From the NCBI GenBank assembly GCA_045580085.1, contig JAZNND010000039.1, forward strand, positions 11,387-75,386: a stretch of 64,000 bases of DNA. Direction: 5' to 3'. Below the pieces are notes generated by a model. The model saw nothing but the letters and a program-made list of their open reading frames with translations. It made no database searches and had not been told where the DNA came from. Position 1 is the stretch's first letter; every line of letters begins with the position of its first letter. Positions 44,384-53,912 of the stretch are shown here, one piece after another. This DNA comes from Eubacteriales bacterium. Lineage in GTDB: Bacteria; Bacillota; Clostridia; Oscillospirales; CAG-272. The position numbers were made by a program, and so were the translations under genes.

Positions 44384-44412
44384 TTGACAGAAAAGGTTTT
44401 TTGTACTATAAT
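44384..44412 (+). promoter_or_regulatory. ileS promoter
   Basis: TTGACA (44384-44389), 17 nt, TATAAT (44407-44412). Confidence 0.7.
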
Positions 44413-44418
44413 ATTTGA

Positions 44419-44654
44419 GAATTAAATTATAACCGAACAAAAGCGATGACAAAGACAGTCAAAAAGAGACGCCCTTCAGCGAGTCGGGTACGGTGGAAGC
44501 CGACAGGAAACGCCTTTTTGAGAATCCCTTTCGAGCTGTGTGCCGGAATTGAGTATGGCACAACGGCGGTCCCCCGTGAGTGGACGACATATGGTGGTAT
44601 GGAGAACGGTGCCGATATAGCGGTTTTCTCTGTACGAAAACCGCTTTTTCTTTT
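44419..44654 (+). promoter_or_regulatory. T-box leader (probable Ile specificity)
   Basis: AGCGATGA K-turn element (44442-44449). Distal stem I 'cAGCGAGtcgg..GGTGGAAg' (44478-44499). Candidate AUC specifier at 44524-44526. T-box-like 'atGGTGGTAtgg' (44591-44602). Terminator gcggttttc/gaaaaccgc plus a T-run (44620-44654). Lies directly upstream of ileS. Confidence 0.7.
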
Positions 44655-44690
44655 GTAAAAAATGCCGCAAGGCAAAAGAGAGGATAGAAC

Positions 44691-47600
44691 ATGTTTAAGA
44701 AGGTTCCCGTATCGATGAACTTCAAGGCGCGTGAAGCGGAAACACTGAAGTTCTGGAACGAATCCAAAATTTTTGAGAAGAGCGTGAAAATTCGCGAGGG
44801 TGCGGACGATTTTACGTTCTATGACGGTCCTCCGACCGCAAACGGTAAGCCGCATATCGGTCACGTGCTTACCCGTGTTATCAAGGATATGATTCCCCGT
44901 TACCGCACCATGAAGGGCTATGAGGTCGTTCGTAAAGCGGGATGGGACACCCATGGACTTCCTGTTGAGCTTGAAGTGGAGAAGCTGCTTGGGCTCGACG
45001 GCAAGGATCAGATTGAGGAATACGGTCTCGATCCCTTCATCGGCAAATGCAAGGAAAGCGTTTGGAAGTATAAGGGCATGTGGGAGGATTTCTCCGACCG
45101 CGTGGGCTTCTGGGCAGATATGAACGATCCTTACGTTACCTATCACGACAGCTTCATTGAGTCCGAGTGGTGGGCACTCAAGCAGATCTTTGACAAGGGG
45201 CTTCTTTACAAGGGCTTCAAGATTGTGCCTTATTGCCCCCGTTGCGGTACTCCGCTTTCCAGCCATGAGGTTGCGCAGGGTTATAAGACGGTCAAGGAGC
45301 GTTCTGCTGTGGTTCGCTTCCGCGTAAAAGGGGAGGACGCGTTCTTCCTCGCGTGGACAACGACGCCTTGGACGCTTCCCTCGAACGTAGCACTCTGCGT
45401 CAATCCCAAGGATACCTACGCCAAGGTCAGAGCCGCCGACGGCTTTACCTATTACATGGCTGAGGCATTGCTCGAGAAGGTTCTCGGCGCACTTAGCAAG
45501 GACGGCGAGCCTGCCTATGAGGTGCTTGAGACCATGCCCGGTACAGCCCTTGAGGGCAAGGCTTATGAGCCTCTCTTCGCTTGCTCGGGCGATGAGGCGG
45601 CGCGTCAGCGCAAAAAGGCGCATTTCGTAACGGTGGACGGTTACGTTACCATGTCCGACGGTACGGGTATCGTACACATTGCGCCCGCATTCGGTGAGGA
45701 CGACTCCCGCATCGGCAGAAATTACGATCTGCCTTTTGTACAGTTTGTGGACGGCAAGGGCAATCTTACCCCCGAAACGCCTTACGGCGGCGTGTTCGTG
45801 AAGGATGCCGATCCTTTGGTGCTCAAGGATTTGGATATGGAGGGAAAGCTCTTCTCGGCTCCCAAGTTCGAGCACGAATATCCCCATTGTTGGAGATGTA
45901 ACACGCCCTTGATCTATTACGCGCGCAACAGCTGGTTTATCCGTATGACGGCGGTGAAGGAAAACCTTATCCGCAACAACAATACCGTCAACTGGATTCC
46001 CGAAAACATCGGCAAGGGGCGTTTTGGCGACTGGCTTGAAAATATCCAAGACTGGGGACTTTCGAGAAACCGTTATTGGGGTACACCTCTCAATATTTGG
46101 GAATGCTCTTGCGGCAAGTATCACGCCATCGGTTCTATTGAGGAATTGAAGGCCATGTCCGAAAACTGCCCGGAGAACATTGAGCTTCACCGTCCTTACA
46201 TCGATGCGGTCACCCTCAAGTGCCCCGATTGCGGCGGCGAGATGAAGAGAGTGCCCGAGGTCATCGACTGCTGGTTCGACTCCGGTGCCATGCCTTTTGC
46301 GCAGTGGCATTACCCCTTTGAAAACAAAGAGATTTTCGACCGCCATTTCCCTGCGGACTGGATTTCCGAGGGCGTTGACCAAACGCGCGGCTGGTTCTAT
46401 TCGCTGATGGCGATTTCTACCTTGATCTTTGATAAAGCTCCTTACAAAAACGTTCTCGTGCTCGGCCATGTGCTTGATAAGGACGGACAGAAGATGTCCA
46501 AGTCCAAGGGCAACGCTGTGGATCCCTTTGAGGCACTGGATGAGTTCGGTGCTGACGCTATTCGCTGGTATTTCTATTCCAACAGTGCACCTTGGCTCCC
46601 CAACCGTTTCTTCCGTGAGGCTGTTGTGGAAGGGCAACGCAAGTTCATGAGCACGCTTTGGAACACCTATGCGTTCTTTGTTCTCTATGCCAATATCGAC
46701 GGCTTTGATCCTTCGAAGTATACCTTGGCGGATGAGGATTTGACGGTCATGGATAAGTGGCTGCTTTCCCGTTTGAATACCGCTGTGGGCACGGTGGACA
46801 GATGCCTTGATAAGTATCAGATTCCCGAAGCTACCCGCGCGCTCGATTCCTTTGTGGATGAAATGTCTAACTGGTACGTGCGTGTCGGCAGAGAGCGTTA
46901 TTGGGCAAAGGGTATGGGCAAGGACAAGATTGCCGCGTATATGACGCTTTATACCGCGCTTGTAACCATCGTGAAGGTGTCCGCACCTCTTGTTCCTTTC
47001 CTCGCTGAGGATATCTATCGCAACCTCGTTTGCTCGGTGGATGAAACGGCTCCCGAAAGTGTACATCTTTGCTCCTATCCCGAGGTAGACACGGCAAGAA
47101 TCGACACGGCACTCGAAAAATCCATGGATGAGGTTCTTTCCATTGTTGTTTTGGGCCGTTCGGCACGTAACGCCGCAAGCGTAAAGAACCGTCAACCTCT
47201 TGATAAGATGTATGTGCGCGCCGAGGAAGCACTTTCCGAGGTCTATGCCGAGATCATCAAGAATGAGCTCAACGTCAAGAACGTGATCTTTACCGACTCG
47301 CTCCGTGACTTTACCACCTACACCTTCAAGCCTCAGCTTCGCACCATCGGTCCGAAGTACGGCAAGTACCTCGGTGCCATCAAAAACGCGCTTTCCACCC
47401 TCGACGGCAATAATGCCATGGACGAGCTTGAGAAGGACGGCGTTTTGAAGCTCGCGCTCGGCGAGATCACGGCAGAGCTGACGAAGGACGATCTTTTGAT
47501 CGATATGGTTAAGAAGGAAGGCTTCTCCTCCGCGGAAGAGAAGGGCGTTACGGTTGTGCTCGACGTCAATTTGACCGAAGAGCTCATCGAAGAGGGCTTT

Positions 47601-47837
47601 GTTAACGAGTTGATCAGCAAGATCCAAACCATGCGTAAGGAAAGCGGTTTTGAGGTCACCGACCGCATCGTCGTTACGGTTTCGGGCAACGATATGCTTT
47701 CCGCTTTGATGAAAAAGAACAAAAAGGAAATTTCCTCTGTTGTTTTGGCGGATGATATCCGCACCGCTTCTATCCCCGAGGGCAAGGAGTGGGATATCAA
47801 CGGAGAGAAGATCACCATCTCTCTTAAAAAGAAATAA
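44691..47837 (+). CDS. ileS: Isoleucine--tRNA ligase, type 2
   Basis: 1048 aa. 'YDGPPTANGKPHIGH' (HIGH motif) and 'KMSKSKGN' (KMSKS motif). The length and the PPTANG variant fit type-2 IleRS. Confidence 0.95.
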   Translation: MFKKVPVSMNFKAREAETLKFWNESKIFEKSVKIREGADDFTFYDGPPTANGKPHIGHVLTRVIKDMIPRYRTMKGYEVVRKAGWDTHGLPVELEVEKLLGLDGKDQIEEYGLDPFIGKCKESVWKYKGMWEDFSDRVGFWADMNDPYVTYHDSFIESEWWALKQIFDKGLLYKGFKIVPYCPRCGTPLSSHEVAQGYKTVKERSAVVRFRVKGEDAFFLAWTTTPWTLPSNVALCVNPKDTYAKVRAADGFTYYMAEALLEKVLGALSKDGEPAYEVLETMPGTALEGKAYEPLFACSGDEAARQRKKAHFVTVDGYVTMSDGTGIVHIAPAFGEDDSRIGRNYDLPFVQFVDGKGNLTPETPYGGVFVKDADPLVLKDLDMEGKLFSAPKFEHEYPHCWRCNTPLIYYARNSWFIRMTAVKENLIRNNNTVNWIPENIGKGRFGDWLENIQDWGLSRNRYWGTPLNIWECSCGKYHAIGSIEELKAMSENCPENIELHRPYIDAVTLKCPDCGGEMKRVPEVIDCWFDSGAMPFAQWHYPFENKEIFDRHFPADWISEGVDQTRGWFYSLMAISTLIFDKAPYKNVLVLGHVLDKDGQKMSKSKGNAVDPFEALDEFGADAIRWYFYSNSAPWLPNRFFREAVVEGQRKFMSTLWNTYAFFVLYANIDGFDPSKYTLADEDLTVMDKWLLSRLNTAVGTVDRCLDKYQIPEATRALDSFVDEMSNWYVRVGRERYWAKGMGKDKIAAYMTLYTALVTIVKVSAPLVPFLAEDIYRNLVCSVDETAPESVHLCSYPEVDTARIDTALEKSMDEVLSIVVLGRSARNAASVKNRQPLDKMYVRAEEALSEVYAEIIKNELNVKNVIFTDSLRDFTTYTFKPQLRTIGPKYGKYLGAIKNALSTLDGNNAMDELEKDGVLKLALGEITAELTKDDLLIDMVKKEGFSSAEEKGVTVVLDVNLTEELIEEGFVNELISKIQTMRKESGFEVTDRIVVTVSGNDMLSALMKKNKKEISSVVLADDIRTASIPEGKEWDINGEKITISLKKK

Positions 47838-47843
47838 TTTAAA

Positions 47844-47904
47844 ATGAGGGGTGCTTCACCGGTCGTGAAGCACCCCTCATCGGTTGCATTTTGTAAAATG
47901 CAAC
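47844..47904. other. Two tandem perfect hairpins without a U-tract, downstream of ileS
   Basis: A 16-bp stem atgaggggtgcttcac/gtgaagcacccctcat (47844-47880) is followed by gttgcatttt-gt-aaaatgcaac (47883-47904). Confidence 0.6.
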
Positions 47905-47988
47905 ATAACTTATAAATTTTCTGCAAAAAAAACGGCAATTTGCGCCGCCCATGGCACAAATTGCCGAGGGGCTGAGTTACTCGGCCCC

Positions 47989-48948
47989 TTATCTTTTGCT
48001 TTCCTGGCGTTTAAACTCCGAAGGTGTCATGCCAAGCACCTTGTGAAAAAGTTTATTATAAGCGGAAATATTGTGAAAACCGGCTGTTTGTGCGGCCCTT
48101 CTTACGGGAGCACCGTTTTTTAAAAGTTCACAGCTGTACCAGATCTTGCGCCTTGAAATATACTCGTAAATCGGCATGTGATAATAGCGTTTGAAAACAC
48201 GCGTGATATACTCGCGGGTGTAAAAGAATTTTGCCGCAAGCTCGGTTGTCGAGGTTATGGTGGGAGCGTTTGCATCGATATAGTTTTTGATGGTGTGGAT
48301 AAACTCCGGTGTTACGGTGGCGGGGATGTTTTTAGGGGTTTGGCGATAACGGCAGAACATTAAAAAAAGGGATGCTGTAGTATGCAAGGCTTCTGCGCGA
48401 GAGTAGAGATCATCCGCTTCAAGCGTTCTTTGTATTTTTGTGAGCAAAGAAATGAGCTTTTCACTTTCGTTTCCCACAAAACGCATGACATAGATGGGAG
48501 AGTCTGTTACCTTGGTGAAGTTTAAGAGCACTTCATCCTCCTCTCCGAAAAGATCGGGGCGGAAATAGAGGACATAGCGATTGTATGTTCGATTGGTGTT
48601 GTTGATATACATATGCGCGGTGTAGGGTTTGACAAGGATTGCGCAACCGGCGGAAACACTTAGGTGAATGTTATCTGCGGCAAAATAGAGGTCGGTATCC
48701 TCCGTGTAGATCGAAAGCTCATAGCACAAGTGCGCATGTAAGCGGTCGGAGTTGGCACGGTCTTCGAAAAGTCTTTCGCGGTGGGAGAAGCTGAAGGAGG
48801 GATTGGGAAGATAGTCGATCCATTGTTCATGCCCGCGGTCAAGACGCAAATAGGTTGGAATATGATTTTTTTGAAGGAGGTGCATTTCTCCTTTTTTGAT
48901 TTGATTTTCTATGATTTTGTTTGGCATGAATGTCACAAAAGCATACAT
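47989..48948 (-). CDS. AraC family transcriptional regulator
   Basis: Up to 319 aa with a C-terminal AraC HTH ('QTAGFHNISAYNKLFHKVLGMTPSEFK'). The start is ambiguous (48948, 48927 or 48885). Confidence 0.8.
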   Translation of the reverse strand: MYAFVTFMPNKIIENQIKKGEMHLLQKNHIPTYLRLDRGHEQWIDYLPNPSFSFSHRERLFEDRANSDRLHAHLCYELSIYTEDTDLYFAADNIHLSVSAGCAILVKPYTAHMYINNTNRTYNRYVLYFRPDLFGEEDEVLLNFTKVTDSPIYVMRFVGNESEKLISLLTKIQRTLEADDLYSRAEALHTTASLFLMFCRYRQTPKNIPATVTPEFIHTIKNYIDANAPTITSTTELAAKFFYTREYITRVFKRYYHMPIYEYISRRKIWYSCELLKNGAPVRRAAQTAGFHNISAYNKLFHKVLGMTPSEFKRQESKR

Positions 48949-49048
48949 TTATATCACAATACATGCTTTTCCTTTCAAAAATATTGTGTTATAGTTATTA
49001 TAGCGATGGATGAGAAATTTGTCAAGTCTTTTTGTTCGGGAGGTTTTT

Positions 49049-49195
49049 ATGAAAGTTTACGAAGCACCCTTTGCCTGCGCTGTTTTTGTCGAAACGGAAG
49101 ATGTTTTGAGTCTTGATCTTCTGCTCGCTTCCTCGGAAAATGATGAAACCGATAACGAAACGAGCATTGATGATCTGCTCGGCGGACTTCTCTAA
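49049..49195 (+). CDS. Small acidic hypothetical protein (48 aa)
   Basis: GGGAGG SD 5 nt before the ATG. MKVYEAPFACAVFVETEDVLSLDLLLASSENDETDNETSIDDLLGGLL. Its stop is 20 nt before the next gene. Confidence 0.4.
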   Translation: MKVYEAPFACAVFVETEDVLSLDLLLASSENDETDNETSIDDLLGGLL

Positions 49196-49215
49196 TTTTT
49201 GAAAAGGAGATCAAT

Positions 49216-52200
49216 ATGAAACGCTTTTTATCATTTCTTCTTATATGCGCGACGCTTTTGGGGGTTTTGCCCGTTATGAACGTGTCGGCAAGCGAGAGCA
49301 GCTCGCTTTTAAACAATGAGAACGGTGAGAGCACCGCACATCACTATACCGAGCTTTACGTCAAGGAGGGGTTGGCAGCTCTTTTCGTTGCCTATGAAAG
49401 CACCGCTTCCGAGAGTACTGTGACAGCTTGGACTCCCGTTGCGTTTTATGGCAAGGCGGGATACGATTCGTACATCGATCCCTCGCTTTATAAGGCGCAG
49501 ACGGTAAGTGGCGGAAAGCTTGCCTGGCGGCAGGCGAACGGTTCGCTCAAGACCTGCCTTACCGAAGCGAATACGGCGGAAAATCCCGGTACGTATTTAA
49601 AGCTCACTTCGCTTCACTCCCTTCTTTCGGACAATTTTGCCGTGCAAGAGGTATGGCAACAAACCTCTTCCACCATCACGGGTAATACCCCTGTTTATAC
49701 CGAAAACGAGGATGGCACCGTGACGGCATCCGCCGCAAACGGCGGCTCCTTCAACGAGGAACAGGCAACGAATAGCTACGGCTTTTTGTCCGTGAAGAAC
49801 AACTATGTTCCGGGCTTCCAACGGAGCAACGGAGAAAGACACAATCATTTTTATTATCAAGTCACTCCGAAAAACGCCTCCTATGCCAATGCAACAGCGC
49901 GCAACATCGTTTTTGAGAACGCAAACTATTTGCTCGATACCCAAAAGAAGAGCTTTACGAATAATACCTCTTATACCTATAACGTTGGTTCTTTTCCCAT
50001 GGCGGTGATGGAGCAGACCGTCTCGCGCCGTGATTTTTCGGATCTTGAGGACGGCTTTTCGGCTTACTATCAGTTCTCTTGGCAATTTATGCCCGCCAAG
50101 TATTACGGAAAGAATGCCACTTCCCGTCACTACGGCTTTACTACTTACAGCACCACCGATACGGATAACCTCATCATCATGCGCGACAAGGTGTTGAACG
50201 TGTATTCGGTGCGCGTTTATGAGGAAAAGATTCTAACCGATGCTGAGATGGACCAAAACCACCTTGCTGACCTTTGCGGCTTTTACGGTATTGACGTAGA
50301 TATTCTCTTTGAGCTTGATGCCGAGGGGGTGGCCGGCATCGCGTCCGCACTTGCCTCAACCAAGCTCGTTCGTGAAAAATATGACGCGAACGGTGCTTAT
50401 ACCGAGGCGTTTTTGAGAACCAAAGCAAAGATTGAGAGCGTGATCGCTTCCTCTGTTGCCGCGCTTCTCTCGGAAGAGGAGCATAGCTACACCGAGCTTT
50501 ATGTGAAGGATGGACTTGCCGCACTCTTCGTGGCTTACGAGGCGGTTTCTTCCGAGGAAACGCCCACCACTTGGGCACCCGTCAATCTTTACGGACAGGC
50601 GGGATATGAGGATTATGTCAACCCCGCTTCCTATGCCTCGGTTTTGAAATCGGTTTCCACTTTTGCATGGAAATGGGAAACGGGTGCGCTTACATCGGGT
50701 GCTGTCGGTACCAATACGAGCACCACTCCCGGTACCTATATCAGCCTTGCGGAGCTGATGGCACACATCGGTGATAACTGGTCTGTGCAGGAAGTTTGGC
50801 AGTGGACGGGTTCCACCAAGACGGGAAATATGCCCGAATATACAACGAATGAGGATGGAACGGTTACCATCTCGAACTACTCCTCGCTTTCTCAAGAGTA
50901 CGCCAGCAATAACGTTTATGGTTTTTTGAATCTCCGCCGTTATTACGTGCCGAATTTTATCACCTCCAACGGTTCAAGACATAATCACTTCTTTTTCCAG
51001 ATTTATCAGCCCAAAAACGCTTCCTTTTCGAACGCTGCCGCGCGTAACATCGTTTTTGATAACGCGAATTACTTAGAGAGCACCGCGACGAAGACCTTTA
51101 CCAACAGCTCGACGAAGTATTACGTCGGCTCTATGCCCACCGCCGTGGTGGAGCAGACTCTCAACCGCACGAACTTTACCGCGGTCGAGGGCGGCTATTC
51201 GGCACGCTATGATTTTATCTGGCAGTTTAAGCCCAGCAAATATTATGGCTCGAACGCCGCCTCGCGTACCTATGGGCTTACAGCTTATTATACTTCCAAC
51301 GCCAAAAACATGACGCTTTGCCGCGATAAGACACAAAACGTCTACTCCATTCGTGTATATGACGGCAAGGCACTCTCGGAGGACGAGGTTGATCTTAACC
51401 ATTTTGCCGACCTTTGCGGCTTCTATGGGATCAATACTTCACCCTTATGGCAGATGGATGCCGCGGCGCGCGACACCTTCGCAAAGAGCTATGCCGCCGT
51501 CGCCATGGTGCGCGAACGCTTTGAGGTAGATGGCGAAACAGAGACACTAGACTATTTAAATGCAAAGAATTCTTTGCAAAAAGCCATTAATGAGTTGGCG
51601 ATGGAGGAGCTTTTGTCGGGGCAGACGGCGAAAAAGTCTCTGCTTTCTTTCGATGGCTACTCGGTGCGCGTGAGTGGCGATTACGGTATGCGCGCCATCT
51701 TCACACTCAGCAAGGCATCGGAAGCGACGCTTGCCGATTTGGGCATCGATGTGCTTGCCTTCGGGGCAGTCACTGCCATTGGCAGCTATGACGGCACGGT
51801 TTATAATGACAGTGTCGCCGACCTCACCGTCAGCGTTGCCGAGGACGGCACTGTCGCTCTTGCCGAAGGGGTAAAGGGGGCGTCTCTTACCGTCAGCAAT
51901 GCGGAGGGCTTCCGCACCTTGAGTGACACGGACGAGGCGACTCGCTTTGCGTATACCACTCTTTATTCCTCCTCCGATCTTTCCGCCGCCTCGCTTTATA
52001 ACATCGCCCTTCTTTATCGCGGCTTTGCCGTTCTGAAAAATGCAGCGGGAAGTGTTGACGTCGTGTATTATGAAACCACCCGCACCGAGGCACTCTCGCT
52101 CTTTTCGCTCCACGATGAGATTGTGAACGACCACGGTCACTATAAGACACGTTTCCCCATGTCTTCTTTTGATTATATTTACGATATGCTCTCCGCCGTA

Positions 52201-53787
52201 TCTCCCTCCGTTTACAGTCAAGAGGCGCGTGAAGAGGACAGAACGCTTTGCGAAAGCTACGGCTTCGACGAGACGAGTATCAAGCTCTCCTTTTCTGCAC
52301 TTTCCGATACGCATTGCATTTATAGCACCCCTGCCATTGGTAATAAGGTAGCAAATCAGATGAAGAAGATCTCCTCGCTTTATGAGCTTGACGCCTTCCT
52401 CTTCTGCGGCGACCTTGGCGATAATATGTCCACCTATACGAACGCGCACAGCGGCACGAAGGATAGCCGTGCCGCCAATCTCTGGACGGAGTTCACGCAC
52501 TTCGGCGAATACGTGGCGAAGGGCAACGCCGATGCACAGCTTCCGATTATATGGAATCTCGGCAATCACGACGCGCCCGATTATGCCTCAGGCTCTGAGA
52601 TCACCGTGACGGCACCTATTAGCAAGAACACCTACACCTTTGCGGCGGGTACGACCTCGTACGAGGCGGCTGTGGAGATCTTTGGTTCATCCTCGGAGCT
52701 TTTCTTCTCGAAGGATCGGCTTCCCGACGGTACGGATACGGTTCCCTACGATGGCTTCCGTTATAATAATATCAACGGTTATTCCTTCTTCTCGGTGGAT
52801 TACCGTATGGTGACGGAAGAGGGTATAGCGTGGCTCGACAGTCAGCTCGCGCTTTTGCATAACGCCGATCCCTCGAAGCCTATCTTCTTCAATTTCCACG
52901 TCAACTCCACCTCAAGCGGGACGAAATACGCAACGGGGCAGGCACTCATCAAGCAGACTATTGGCAAGTACGATCAGGTGGTATGGATCTCCGGCCACGC
53001 GCACACCGCTATGCAACGTCAGTCAAATATGCAGATTCGTGACGGCTTTGCCGAGATCAATATCGGTCCTAACCGCTTGACCACCAACGTAAACTCCACT
53101 GCAACTCAGCAGTTCATGAACTACCAGATCAAGCATGGTGCGATCATTCAGGTGGATGCAAACGGCAATATCCGCGTGCTGACGGTGGACTATTCTTATC
53201 AGCTCACCGAGGACGGAACGGTGGAGGGAACAGACCGCACCGACCGCTTTACCGTCATTGACAATCCGATGATTATCCGCACGACCTATTTTTCAGCTCC
53301 TGTCGCAGGCAAGGCACAAGAAATCTATTTTGATACCACCGTCGGATCGATGGACGATCCAAGATACGTCGCACCGCATTTTGAGGCGAACGCTACGGCA
53401 AGCTTCTCGAATATCACTGCCGGGCAGGCGACTGTGACCTTCTCGACACCTACCGTCGCGAATGTCATCACTTATTACACTGCGACCGTCAAGAACGTCA
53501 CGACGGGTGAGACGGTACAGATTTATGACCGCTATCGTTTGAGTGACACAAACAGCGATAACGATCTTTGCTCCGCTTATAACTTCTCCTCCGATTACAT
53601 GTATTACGGACCCGCGTGGAACTATCCCGCGGAGCATTCCTTCATCCTGCGCCTTGATGAGAGTGCGCTCGTCGAAGGAAACGAGTACAGCGTTTCGATT
53701 TACGGAAGGGATGATTTCGGACAGCTGACGGACACGGTGACCTTCATCCTGCCCGCCGCCATGACCACACCTGCCGTGACGGAATAA
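49216..53787 (+). CDS. Secreted 1523-aa protein: duplicated ~381-aa LamG-like module + metallophosphoesterase + Ig/Fn3-like C-terminus
   Basis: Signal peptide 'LLICATLLGVLPVMNVSA'. The repeats span 49339-50481 and 50482-~51620. Phosphoesterase motifs: DTH, GDLGD, GNHD, GHAH. Confidence 0.8.
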   Translation: MKRFLSFLLICATLLGVLPVMNVSASESSSLLNNENGESTAHHYTELYVKEGLAALFVAYESTASESTVTAWTPVAFYGKAGYDSYIDPSLYKAQTVSGGKLAWRQANGSLKTCLTEANTAENPGTYLKLTSLHSLLSDNFAVQEVWQQTSSTITGNTPVYTENEDGTVTASAANGGSFNEEQATNSYGFLSVKNNYVPGFQRSNGERHNHFYYQVTPKNASYANATARNIVFENANYLLDTQKKSFTNNTSYTYNVGSFPMAVMEQTVSRRDFSDLEDGFSAYYQFSWQFMPAKYYGKNATSRHYGFTTYSTTDTDNLIIMRDKVLNVYSVRVYEEKILTDAEMDQNHLADLCGFYGIDVDILFELDAEGVAGIASALASTKLVREKYDANGAYTEAFLRTKAKIESVIASSVAALLSEEEHSYTELYVKDGLAALFVAYEAVSSEETPTTWAPVNLYGQAGYEDYVNPASYASVLKSVSTFAWKWETGALTSGAVGTNTSTTPGTYISLAELMAHIGDNWSVQEVWQWTGSTKTGNMPEYTTNEDGTVTISNYSSLSQEYASNNVYGFLNLRRYYVPNFITSNGSRHNHFFFQIYQPKNASFSNAAARNIVFDNANYLESTATKTFTNSSTKYYVGSMPTAVVEQTLNRTNFTAVEGGYSARYDFIWQFKPSKYYGSNAASRTYGLTAYYTSNAKNMTLCRDKTQNVYSIRVYDGKALSEDEVDLNHFADLCGFYGINTSPLWQMDAAARDTFAKSYAAVAMVRERFEVDGETETLDYLNAKNSLQKAINELAMEELLSGQTAKKSLLSFDGYSVRVSGDYGMRAIFTLSKASEATLADLGIDVLAFGAVTAIGSYDGTVYNDSVADLTVSVAEDGTVALAEGVKGASLTVSNAEGFRTLSDTDEATRFAYTTLYSSSDLSAASLYNIALLYRGFAVLKNAAGSVDVVYYETTRTEALSLFSLHDEIVNDHGHYKTRFPMSSFDYIYDMLSAVSPSVYSQEAREEDRTLCESYGFDETSIKLSFSALSDTHCIYSTPAIGNKVANQMKKISSLYELDAFLFCGDLGDNMSTYTNAHSGTKDSRAANLWTEFTHFGEYVAKGNADAQLPIIWNLGNHDAPDYASGSEITVTAPISKNTYTFAAGTTSYEAAVEIFGSSSELFFSKDRLPDGTDTVPYDGFRYNNINGYSFFSVDYRMVTEEGIAWLDSQLALLHNADPSKPIFFNFHVNSTSSGTKYATGQALIKQTIGKYDQVVWISGHAHTAMQRQSNMQIRDGFAEINIGPNRLTTNVNSTATQQFMNYQIKHGAIIQVDANGNIRVLTVDYSYQLTEDGTVEGTDRTDRFTVIDNPMIIRTTYFSAPVAGKAQEIYFDTTVGSMDDPRYVAPHFEANATASFSNITAGQATVTFSTPTVANVITYYTATVKNVTTGETVQIYDRYRLSDTNSDNDLCSAYNFSSDYMYYGPAWNYPAEHSFILRLDESALVEGNEYSVSIYGRDDFGQLTDTVTFILPAAMTTPAVTE

Positions 53788-53803
53788 AATCCAATATCTT
53801 TGA

Positions 53804-53836
53804 TTCGGACATGATTGCAAAATCATGTCCGAATTT
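53804..53836 (+). terminator. Rho-independent terminator
   Basis: A 13-bp stem ttcggacatgatt/aatcatgtccgaa with a GCAA loop, followed by TTT. Confidence 0.7.
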
Positions 53837-53850
53837 CACATAAAAAGAGG

Positions 53851-53879
53851 TTGACAAAACGGCATTTCTTTGCTATCAT
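53851..53879 (+). promoter_or_regulatory. Promoter of the AraC-MFS-BNR operon
   Basis: TTGACA (53851-53856), 17 nt, TGcTATCAT (53871-53879). Confidence 0.6.
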
Positions 53880-53912
53880 CAAAGCGAAGGAAAAAGAGCT
53901 GCGGAGGCGGGT

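Noticed and set aside
44427-47627. A 1066-aa ORF on the minus strand, almost as long as ileS.
   Set aside because: It is exactly antisense to ileS, which carries unambiguous HIGH and KMSKS motifs, a T-box leader, a promoter and an SD. The antisense product is Arg/Leu/Gly/His-rich with no recognisable motif and no SD. It is a shadow ORF produced by codon bias.
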